A stretch of DNA of 28,162 nucleotides, from assembly GCA_002269645.1 (NCBI GenBank), contig NIVC01005033.1:1-28162 (forward strand). Reading direction: 5' to 3'. Shown piece by piece: positions 9,826-20,705 of this stretch. A program made the position numbers and the translations under genes. How positions within the stretch are numbered: the stretch's first letter is position 1; the number at the start of each line of letters is the position of its first letter. This DNA is from Macrostomum lignano. Taxonomy: Eukaryota. The notes below the pieces were generated by a model, which was not told the origin of the DNA, made no database searches, and saw nothing but the letters and a program-made list of their open reading frames with translations.

Positions 9826-10706
9826 CTGAGCTTCATCTTGCTCTGGTAGAAAGCATGCATGTATGTTTGTGCGATTCTCACAGTTTTTTAGCGTCGTACA
9901 GCCTGACAGCCTAAACCATCGGTACATGTAAATTGCAGCCCTTTCACTTTAACTGGTGCTTTTGACCTAGATGTACACATACTATGTATAAATTTAGGAC
10001 ATGTGCATGTGCGAGACTGCATGCATTGCAATGCCTTTGCCTTTTAACAATTTGTTTTTTCTCAATTACATTCATAAATTTGTTAACCTTAAGTCTTGTA
10101 CGCCTTTTCTTTTTAGGACCTTCTGTAATATTCTGTCACGGGGCCCCTGCATGCGCATCGCGCTACATATGTAACAGTAGTGTATTTTATAAAGAATACA
10201 TTGTGAGGGTCTCCGGCCAAAATATGCATGAAAGAGACATAAGTGTAATGATTTAGATTTAAAATTGATGAAAATCAATCGCTGATCTCTGTCAATAGTG
10301 GGAAACCACACTCATTCAGTTTTGTTGCAATGTCCGGATTGGGTCCTGCTACATAGCTTTACGGTCAACTTTAAAATAAGCTAAACTTTAAGCAGGAAGA
10401 GAATACTTGAGAATAGGATAAATATTTTTCAACAAAAAAATTTACGAAGATTTTTAGGTACAATACGCTCTTGGAAACTAAATTTATCATGTCTAATTTA
10501 GTTTAAACACTAACTTTTTTTGAACTCTAAACTTTGCTAGAAATAATCTAGATCTAGATCCAAATCATGGATGGTTGTCTGCCAATCTACAAACATTCAA
10601 ACATTATGTAATACAAATTTAATTGGACGCTAATATAGAAAACTGCCAAATACAACTTTCTATCGCAGATGCCTTGATTTTTCAAGAAAAGTCTGAATAT
10701 ATTGTC

Positions 10707-13316
10707 ATGTCGGCATCGTCATCATCGAACTTAGTTGACAAAGTTGTCCGAATAAAAATTTCACGTGGACTCAACGACGAAGTTACAGTTGATCCCGAGA
10801 ATTTCGAAGATTATAACTTGTTTGATAAGTCAAATCTACCAATCCGATTTCATGATATATACAAAGAAAAAAAGACCATCATTGTGTTTTTGAGGGTAAG
10901 TTTTTAGTATATTTTATATTATACATGTATTTTTAGGCAGTTGTTATTGTTATGGTGACCATATAAACAAAAAATGTTTTTTTGTAGGCCTATAGTCAAC
11001 ACATTAAACAGTTACTATCTAAACTAGGTAACGAAATTGTGAGTGTGTATATAATATGAGGCTATAAATACAGTAATTAAAAAATAAAGAAATGAGTTTT
11101 TAATTATTGATAGGGGGCCTACAATGTGACTAGGTGACTGGTGGTTCATATAATTGACTTTAACTAGCTTAAATTTTGAACCTAACTTTAAATGTTTATG
11201 AAAATTCTTCCAACATAAAAATAGCCATTTTGCTTCTAATTAAAAATAGATATTTTTTTAAACCAAGTGTAAAGTTGCCAACTTTTTGGCCAACTTAAGT
11301 TGCCAACTTAAAAAAAACTATTAGAATTTTTATTTTGGCATACACTTATTATAATCTAGACTATAGGGTCATATACTTTGTAGTAAATGATAAAAGCTGC
11401 CTTTTTATTGAACCAACCTCTACTTTGTTCTTTTTCAAAGCTTTCAACTATCTGCTATACCCCTAGATATTCTATAATAAGCTTATTAGTATTATGTATA
11501 ATTATGATAGCCTAGTAATATTCTTATACTATTGGCAATATTGATAATACTTTTTGGGTATTAAATATCAGAAGCCTTATAAGTCTATACTTTTAAAAGT
11601 ATTAGACTTTATTAACTTCTAATACAATTTTTCAATTTTCCAATAGTTTAACAGTCCTATACCATTCCCATTGAACCCAGTTGGAATAAGTGGACAAATA
11701 GTCAAAGAACTAAGCAATTTAATTTGTTTAGTGATAGCTGCCTATACATTTTTTGAAAATGTTATATGCATCTTAATATATACTTGGTTTAAACAACTTA
11801 ACCTATGTAGCTATGGTCAATGCTTAGAAAAATGATAGAAGATTGCATCTAAATAATAAAATTACCTTCTCTGATATTTTTGTACTAAAGAAAATGATTT
11901 ACCTTTTTTATATTTAGAAAACTAAAGAAAGCTAATCCTCATCAAACACTTTAGCACCCACAGTGCTTTGCTGCCAAAGAGTACATGGAGGACTTGGCAA
12001 CAATACCTGATGGTGTCCTGCAGCAAGCCAACGTTCAACTTGTTGCGGTTGTGCCCAGCATGCCTGAGCTGCTGTCGGTATGTCTGATTTGTGTTGCTTT
12101 TCATGAGTTTCACCATTGCTGTTCTTGTCTTTATTTATCAAATTGCTTAAATATTTTTCCTAGCTGAGAGCAATTCAACACTTTGCAGGTGTTCAAAGAG
12201 GAGACTGGCTTTAGGCATGCACTTTACTGCGACCCCAGTGCTAACATCTACAGAAAAATTGGCTTTAAATGCGGAGTTGTGCCGCATGACCAATGTGAGT
12301 TATTGAGAACTGCATGATAACACTTGAAAAAGGACCGCATATTTGAAATAGCTCTCTAATCCTCTCCCAGACCCTCAGTTGCTGGGCCACTCACCCTCCC
12401 AGATGCTTAGTTGCTGGCCAGCCACTCTCTCACTCTCTCAGATCCTCAGTTGCTGGCCAGCCACTCTCTCACTCTCTCAGATCCTCAGTTGCTGGCCAGC
12501 CACTTTCTCACTCTCTCAATCCTCAGTTGCTGGCTAGCCACTCTCTCACTCTCTCAGATCCTCAAGTTTCTGGCCAGCCACTCTCTCACCCTCAGATCCT
12601 CAGTTGCTGGCTAGCCACTCTCTCAGATCCTCAGTCTGGCAGCCACTCTCTCATCCTCCTCAGTTGCTGGCCAGCCACTCTCTTACCTCTTGCTCCAGCC
12701 ACTCTCTCAGATCCTTTGCTGGCCAGCCACTCTCTCACTCTCTCAGATCCTCAGTTGCTGGCCAGCCACTCTCTCAAGATCTCAGTTGCCAGCCACTCTC
12801 TCAGATCCTCAGTCTGCCAGCCACTCTCTCAGATCCTGTTGCTGGCCAGCCACTCCTCAGATCCTCAGTTGCTGGCCAGCCACTCTCTCACTCTCTCAGA
12901 TCCTCAGTTGCTGGCCAGCCACTCTCTCACTCTCTCAGATCCTCAGTTGCTGGCCAGCCACTCTCTCACTCTCTCAGATCCTCAAGTTGCTGGGCCGGCC
13001 ATCCCAGATCCTCACTCTCAGCAACAGACCCGCCGCCCCTGAACGCCCAGCAGACCCGGTCAACAACAAGCACGTGAAGTCCAGCTGGATGTTAGGCGTC
13101 CTGCGCAGCACCTACCGCACGGCCGTGCTTTACCGGGACTTCAACGCCGACATGCTGGTGAACGGCGGCTGCCTGGTGCTGGGGCCGGGCCGGCAGCTGC
13201 ACTGCAGCCACCTGGACAACGGCATGTTCGACCAGATGCCCATCAACAGCCTGCTGGAGCGAGTCTGCGGAGTCACCATGAGCTTCCCCAAGGACCGGCG
13301 CGTGCTGCACCTCTGA
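10707..13316 (+). CDS. PRXL2C: Peroxiredoxin-like 2C / AhpC-TSA antioxidant enzyme domain protein (exons 10707-10895, 11955-12077, 12189-12294, 13051 or 13054-13316)
   Basis: Canonical GT-AG junctions in compatible phases. The spliced protein reads TIIVFLRHPQCFAAKEYMEDLATIP...ANVQLVAV...LYCDPSANIYRKIG...KHVKSS...NGGCLVLGPG..LH..H.D......PINSLL, matching the AAED1/PRXL2C family pattern. Confidence 0.88.
12368..13020 (+). repeat. Intronic minisatellite, 39-bp unit TTGCTGGCCAGCCACTCTCTCACTCTCTCAGATCCTCAG, with truncated variants
   Basis: Visible tandem array in PRXL2C intron 3. It explains the LLASHSLTLSDPQ repeat ORFs. Confidence 0.95.
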
Positions 13317-14079
13317 TTCACCGAGGCTGTCATCAATTTTTTCAGGTCTGCTGCGTTTATTGACAAATTTGTATTGCGGTAAGCAAAAAGTCAAGTCCTA
13401 GTTAGTCAGCAAGATTTCCAGTATTCTCATCATTTGTGTTTCTCTGATAGATTTTAAATACAAGTGCAATGAAGTATTGTTTTGTTCGGCAGTAAATAAA
13501 ATATCTTTAATTGCATTAAGCTCTTTGATTCATTTCTCTCATCTCTCATCTCTTCTCTCCCGTCTCTCCTCTCATCTTCTCTTACCGTATTTTGTGTCTG
13601 CTCTCTTCTCCTTTATTCCTCGCCTCGCCTGTTCCCTCCCTCTCCTCCCGTTCTGGAGAGCACTTTTGCCAGACGCGGTCTCTCACTAATGGGCAGCTGC
13701 AGCTAAATGCACTTCATGCAGCGATAGGACAAATGTGCCATACTGGGCTCTGGTTCATTTCTAAGATATCGAATGCAATGTCCTGCTTCATTATTGTCAC
13801 TAGAATAGTGGTGCACTTGAATTCCACTCACTCTAGTACGTGCAAATACTTGCTACTGTAAGTTTAGGTCTGTTTCATGTTTATACAGTAATGGTTTTAA
13901 TAAAGATGCATGATGTAAAGAATTTCAAACTGAAAACGAAGACTATAGAGCTTTTCAGTTTTATTAACTTCCTGTAGGAAAAGATCTGGCCATGCAGCCA
14001 AGCTACACGCGCGTCAGAATGTGAAATTAAATGAAATCATACTATGCATGCTTTCATTGCATTTTGAGCTGGCTAAAGG

Positions 14080-14683
14080 TCACGGGTGGCTCTTCGCAGC
14101 CAGAGGCGGTGGGAAGCCTATAAATGTTCTTTTCAGGCCGTGGAATAAAGGCGCTTGAGTTTCCTGCTGGCGTAACTCCACCTTCAGATCGGATTTCTCC
14201 CGGACTATTGAACACCTTCCGGGTTCAGTCGGGGCCTGACGCTGTCGCTGGTCGGTGCATTCGCTTTCAGCCGGCTGCAGTGGCTGCTGCTGACTGTCCA
14301 GTCTGAGGACTGCCATTCTTTTCGTCAGCTCGTCAACCTGAGCCGCTTCGAACTGCAGTCGAAATCGATCAAACTGTACCGATCTGCTCGTTTAAATTTC
14401 AATAAACTAAATAGCCTCGATCAGCTCCTTACCTGACGCCGACGGACTTCGGTAGAATCCTCCACGAGATGTCCACCGTGCCGCAGCTGATTCGCCCACA
14501 GTCTAGCAGTGAGCTGCGGTGCGTACGATATTCAAAGGATTTATCACTATTCAAAAGAGGCTTTAAGGTCATCCAGCTACACGTTTTGCTGGGGATACAG
14601 GCTGGAAGTGTGGCGAGACTTACACAGAGCTGGTAACAGTGCGAATTTCGCGGTGGCAACGGCGGCTGCATGGTGTCTGACAT
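14080..14683 (-). CDS. Possible orphan gene, ~184 aa (exons 14683-14433, 14383-14080), no recognisable domain
   Basis: A 49-nt GTAAGG...GCAG intron (14432-14384) joins two ORF-track ORFs in compatible phase 2 and removes the stop of the first. No homology recognised. Confidence 0.35.
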
Positions 14684-16884
14684 TCTGACACGGCGAGAAC
14701 TGTTGAACTCGGGGGCCTTAATTGCATAATAAATTATGCACCAGCTGTAGATAATGGCTCACTTCCACGTGCCGATGCCAACTGCGTTTCGTGATAGACT
14801 TTGCAGCACTACATGTATGTACTGCTTCAAACGCAATTGATAATTACGAGTATATGATTAACTAATTCAAGCCATAGACAGCTGGACCAAATGAATGTAT
14901 AGAGTAGTGCATTTTATCGGATCCCGTTCATGTACATTTTTGAGCTCCATGGTGGGTCATATTTAGATAGAAATGGGTCTGGGTCTTTATCGAGTGACTG
15001 TTCTTGGTCATGACCACGAGCTACATGTATAACTTATAGTTTCATTGTACAGTAGTCAAGCCGACAGTCGATCCACAGCCGTTGTCACACACGTTTCGCG
15101 CTGAGCAGCTCACCCGCTAGCTCAACTTGAGCAGAAAACGGAACACTTTAGAGGTAGTGAAAGGACGAAGGAATTAGATTATGAGCACCTGGTGCGACGC
15201 CTTCGGCGAAATCATCTCTTAGTGCGATATGGATCCAGGATTTTTCCGGGAGTCATTCACCCTCTAATTTTTTCGAACCCCTAGACTTCCCTGAATCTGG
15301 ATTCAAGCCCTGCTAATGTATATGGCCGGCCACAAGGTAGAAGTTGATTGCATCTCTCTATTGCAATTTTTGCGCCAGGCACGATTTTCTAAACAAAGCT
15401 TCCTAAGCCCTGCGTGTCTACTCGTAGAGTCTTCGCGTGACAGCCCATGTCTCGTAAATACTTTAAAGCCAGGTTCGGACACTTACACTTACTCGAAAGC
15501 GTGGATCACAATTAAGCCGCAGACCACTCTTTTATCAGAAAAGGCCACGACAAAAAAACTTTAGAAATTAAAAATTAATAAATCAGTCAACTACAGCCTT
15601 GATCAAAGTGACTGCCCCCGCTTTCACTGGTGGTGCCTCTTGTCACTCTCTCCTTGATGTACTCTATTGAAGTCTTCTAATCTTGTTCCTTTGAGGACTT
15701 GTTTCACTTTGGGGAAGAGGTCCAACTCTACAAGCTGTCTTTGGCTTTGGCTCACTGGAAACGCCTTGTGCGATGTGGCAGTGTAGTGATGTAGCAACCA
15801 GCCATTGTTCTCCCATTGTTCGCAATATGTAAAATAGATGCTTTGACTTTAACTTTGAATTTGACGATCTTTGACATTGTCCCGCTTCCAATTTGAAATA
15901 AGCATACACAGCAAGCAGGTCAATGACACTGTTTGATCTATATGATACTATGATAGATAGTTGATTGATTTATTTAATTTCTGTTCTAATGTACAAAAAT
16001 TAAATCGGTTTTTAGTAGTTCTCGCCTTGAGTCCAGCAAAAGTAAAAAAATAATTAAGCAAACAATATGCCAGCTACAGATAATTATGAATTAATAACTT
16101 TAGTCACGTGACAGCAGACATGGCACACAGCTGCTGGATAGCGGTATATATAAGTCCAGAAGCAAGTTAAGTTAGTATGCAGTCAGTTGCGGATTCGATC
16201 TGCTCAATTAAAAGCCACCTCTTCGACCAGTGTCTCCAGTGAATATTCGAGCAGTTCAAATTCCGACACTGATACTCTCAACAGATTAAGCAGAAAAAAC
16301 AGGCCAGATAGCTGTGTATAACAGATTTTCTATTTTTAATGTACAAACAAAAGTGTTTTCGAAATAAACTCATTTGTAAATAAATAAATATACGCATAGC
16401 CCGATGAAAACGGTAACCCAGGACAAGAAGCCTCTCAGAGTAGTTGCAGGTAACACAGGTAAAATAGGAAAGAACTGACTCTAGCCAGACGACGAGATGT
16501 CACGGAAGAAAGTCGCCAGAAAGTCATCGAAGAGAAGAATGACTCTGTTTAGTCTACTTGAGTAAGTAGAATGTTAAGCGCTAACAATGACTCTTTCGTG
16601 ACTCAACAGTACAATCGTTTTGAGTCCTTAAAACAGTCGCCCCAGAGTGCGTTGTTTGCAATGAATTCTTGAACGATTCTTGTCCCAGTAACGTTTTCAA
16701 CGCATAGGAGAAAAATTACAAATATACTATTAATAGATGTTCTATATAGAAAGGTAACGCGCATTTCTGCTCTCTCCTATCTGCCTGTCTGTCTGAAAAC
16801 AATAATTATGTCCATGGGAGATTTGCTGTTTATTTGGTGCATGCTTAGACACAGGTGGGGGCCATCCAGCTGGTGATTGACAGC

Positions 16885-19564
16885 TCAGGTGGCCCAGGCC
16901 TCCAGCTCGCGCATCTCGTCCTCCTCGGACTTCGCTCCGGCCGGCTTTTTAGCGGCTGCGGCTTCCGGCTGGCCGCGCGGGGCGCTCGGCAGCTCCGGGA
17001 CGCTGGTGCCGCCAACGTCAAGAAGCTGCTTGTCCAGGTCCTCCTGCTCCAGCTCCTCCAGCTCCGCCAGCAGGTCGTCCTCGTCGACATCGTGACCGAA
17101 GCCGGCGGGACTGCTAATGGCGTCGCTGATCTCCTGGGCGATCTCCTGCTGCTCGTGGATCTCGTCCATCACGTCGTGCACCTGCGGGAGCGGCAAAGAG
17201 CCGGGCTGCGATCTGGATCTGCCAACTGAGGGTCTGGATCTGCGAGCTGAGGGTCTGGATCTGCCAGCTGAGGGTCGGGATCTGCCAGCTGAGGGTCTGG
17301 ATCTGCCAGCTGGGGGTTGGATCTGCTAGCTGAGGATTTGGAACTGCTAGCTGAGGGTCTGGATCTGCCAGCTGGGGGTCTGTCTGGATCTGCAAGCTGA
17401 GGGTCTGTCTGGATCTGCAAGCTGATAGTCTGGATCTGCCAGCTGAGGGTCTGTCTGGATCTGCAAGCTGAGGGTCTGGATCTGCTAGCTGAGGGTCTGT
17501 CTGGATCTGCAAGCTGAGAGTCTGGATCTGCCAGCTGAGGGTCTGTCTGGATCTGCAAGCTGAGGGTCTGGATCTGCTAGCTGAGGGTCTGGATCTGCCA
17601 GCTGGGGGTTTGGATCTGCTAGCTGAGGGTCTGGATCTGCCAACTGAGAGTCTGGATCTGCAAGCTGAGGATTTGGATCTGCTAGCTGAGGGTCTGGATC
17701 TGCCAGCTGAGGGTCTGGATCTGCCAGCTGAGGGTCTGGATCTGCCAACTGAGAGTCTGGATCTGCAAGCTGAGGATTTGGATCTGCTAGCTGAGGGTCT
17801 GGATCTGCCAGCTGAGGGTCTGGATCTGCTCCCGAATGCTGACAGCATTGAATCCTGGCACCAGTATGCAAGTTTATCCTCTAACTTGAACAGAAAACAC
17901 ACCTGATCGATATTGAGATCCTGGTGAGCAGATTTAAGTGACTTGGCGGCCACTTGCATGGCCTTGAGCACTTCGGTGTTGGTGCTGGCGTTCTCTAGGG
18001 CCTCACGCTGGAATTCGATGGTGGTCAGGGTGCCGTCGATCTGGGTGAGCTGCTTCTCATACCGCTTCTTCCTGGCCAGAGCTTGCAGGGCCGCTGTGGT
18101 GTTGAGACAAGTTTTTGGCGGATGGTCAGTTTAGTGTGAGAGAGAGGTTGTGAAAAGCATGTCTAGGTCAAGTTTTCTGCATAAGCCCCAAATTAATGCA
18201 GCCATGCATAGAATCAAACCAAGAGATATTGCTCAAGGTCAATCATTATTTAAGAGACTAGGATATAAAATGCAATCATTATTAGTATTAGCTAAAAACA
18301 GCCTAAATTTATTTATATGTTACTTTATATTTTTTGCTTTGATTTCATTCTCTTTCCACAAGGTCATTTTTTGTACTATAAGAATTTTTATAATATATTA
18401 AAAATTAAAGTGTTTGTTTTTATATATATAGTAAGCCTATGAAAGCATTTCTATAGTCAAAAATACAATAGCATGGGACCTTTAAAATAAAATGCATTTG
18501 AGGCCAATATTAAAGTCAAGCTTAACCAAGTTAAGTTAATCTCTGCTTATTTTTTATTTTGATTCTATATATAATACTAGTCTTTAGATAACTAGATACC
18601 CTAGGCTTAATGTTAAATTATGCAAGCTAAGAAAGTATGTATATCTGATTCTAAGTTAGTTAATTTTTTAAATATTAATTTGTAATAAAAAATTAGCTAC
18701 CAATGGCAATGCATATTAAATGATTAATTTACTCAGTTATCTAATATTTTTAAACTTAATAAATAAAGAGAACTATTTAGTTGGAGTTAAATTGAATAGA
18801 TAATAAGTAGAACAGAAGGCCTAAATGAATAAAATATGTAAGACAACTAGGAAGGGCTTGAATATAGATAATTAAAAAGGACAAAGGCAAAGCATGCAAC
18901 TAAGGAAACAGATAAAATTGAATAGCCTATTATTGATTGGTTTATGAGTATAAACAATAATATTATAAAACCTAATATAATATAATAAATACTCCAAACT
19001 AAATATTAGATTTCAAGAGTCAATCAAAAAGCAGCAAAAGAATGATAAGAAAAACAATTTTGAACTGACAGGGGGAGAGAAAACAGAAAGTCAAAACAAA
19101 AAATGCATATAAAAAATCAATAGATTATGATGGTCATTTTTGGTATAAAAAAGATAGGCCTAACTAACCATCTAAATTAAATTCTAACTAATATATATTT
19201 TTATTTTCTTGAAATAACAAGACAAAACATTCATATGAAAAATAAAAATAAAAAATAAATTTACAATAGATTGATCATGTATTTCGCCTAGCCTATACCA
19301 TGATTGCAGAGCAGTCTGAAATGGAGGTCTTATTAGGCCTATTACTAAGGCAAAGCATAAGCTCAAGGAAAATAAACAATAGCAAATCCACATACCTCGT
19401 TTGTTCTTTGTTCCATGTTTCTTTGCTTGCGTAATTTCTTCGTGAATTTTCTTTTCCAAAAACTGCGACTTTTTATTTAACATTTCTTCTGTGTTTCGCA
19501 ACCTCTGGATCGCCTCTTGTGGAGACTCAGACTTCTCCTTCTTCTTTCCGAATAGAAAAGACAT
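16885..19564 (-). CDS. CHMP4: ESCRT-III subunit CHMP4/Snf7, 218 aa (exons 19564-19396, 18093-17903, 17181-16885; probable 5'UTR intron 19670-19580)
   Basis: MSFLFGKKK...PQEAIQRLRNTEEMLNKKSQFLEKKI...KHGTKNKR-AALQALARKKRYEKQLTQIDGTLTTIEFQREALENA...VHDVMDEI...DEDDLLAELEELEQE...ELEAWAT. All junctions are GT-AG and in phase. Confidence 0.97.
17211..17830 (-). repeat. Intronic minisatellite, 21-bp unit (sense AGCTGGCAGATCCAGACCCTC) with 25-bp variants
   Basis: Visible tandem array in CHMP4 coding intron 2. It explains the DPQLADP and SRPSAGR repeat ORFs. Confidence 0.95.
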
Positions 19565-20705
19565 TGTTCTCAACAATAGCTAAATTAACAAAAAGGACAA
19601 CAATTCTGGATGACACAAAACAGCTTAACGAGGCTGGACAACGCCTTGTTTTGCTTTTTGCTTTACTTACAATAAACTCTACAATATAGCAATGCAATCT
19701 AAAATAGCAGTTAACATAGCAATTTCGAATTAGTGCGTTATATTCATCAGCTAGCTTAACAAAGTTTTTTCCTTTCCTGTCAATATAAGAATAAATAATT
19801 TTTGAAAAGTGGCAAAAACTATACTTATTTGACAGTTTTTTAGTTTTTTCTTTCTGAGTACCTGTTTTTTCATCCCTGAATATGTTGTTCAGGCTCTAAA
19901 AGTCTTTTAGCCGGATACATTAACTTTTAACTATTTCGTGACTGAACTGAGCAATTTTAGACAAACTATAGAGTAGGACGCTATTATCTGGGAATCCTAC
20001 AGATTTTGCAGATTTTCCTGCAGATTTTCCCAACGAATTCCACAACGGACTTGCTATTCCACAATATTCTAATTCTATAATAATTACATCGCTAAATTGA
20101 CTGCTGTGGCGGCCCAATCAGCACGCAGCCAGCGATTGCGAGTACATCTGCACTGAAACCCCCTGCCCGCCAAGCTGGGGGTGGGTGTACTCGGACAGAC
20201 AGTCAATATGCTTAGTCGGGGGGGGGGGGGGTTCGTGCCACCTTTTTGGCGCGCCTCCCCATGTGATCGCGTGCTTATTTATACCTGACGCGTCAAGCTA
20301 ATAAACTTTTACTTTTCCTGCTTGCAACTTACTTTATTTTTCCGCAAACTGCACATGTACTTGTTGATTTTGTGCGTGTAGCTCGTAGATGTACGAGTTC
20401 GAATTTTGAGTACTGATCTTGGAGATCAGAAAATCAGTAATTGCAAGTTGCTCTAAAATATATCCATCCCAGTTGTCTATTTGCGTGTTTGATTTCTTAT
20501 ATAAAACGCATTTATCCCTATGCAGACCCTGAGTGCAAAAAAATATTTTTCCGCGTTTAGAAATAACAATGTCGCGCCAAAATTCGATGAAAATTTACTC
20601 GGATTCGATCAATTTTATATAGCAAACAGCGTCATTGATTTATATCAGACCTTGGGTTTGTCTAGAAAAAATTATCAACAGGTTTTCTTGTAAGTTTGGT
20701 ACGAA

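Noticed and set aside
11271-11310. Cluster of AAGTTGCCAACTT quasi-palindromes
   Set aside because: Short, AT-rich, single occurrence, and explainable by local slippage.
12411-13077. Long repetitive ORFs over the 39-bp array (likewise 17114-17971, 24469-25249 and 26394-27070)
   Set aside because: They are by-products of stop-poor tandem units. Two arrays are in introns of well-supported genes and the 31- and 16-bp units shift frame every copy.
15225-15305. GGATCCAGGATTTTT...GAACCCCTAG...GAATCTGGATTC, a possible tiny MITE relic
   Set aside because: The inverted ends are too degenerate and there is no TSD.
20175-20230. G13 run plus GGGGGTGGG, a possible G-quadruplex upstream of CHMP4
   Set aside because: Homopolymer length is unreliable and there is no independent support for function.
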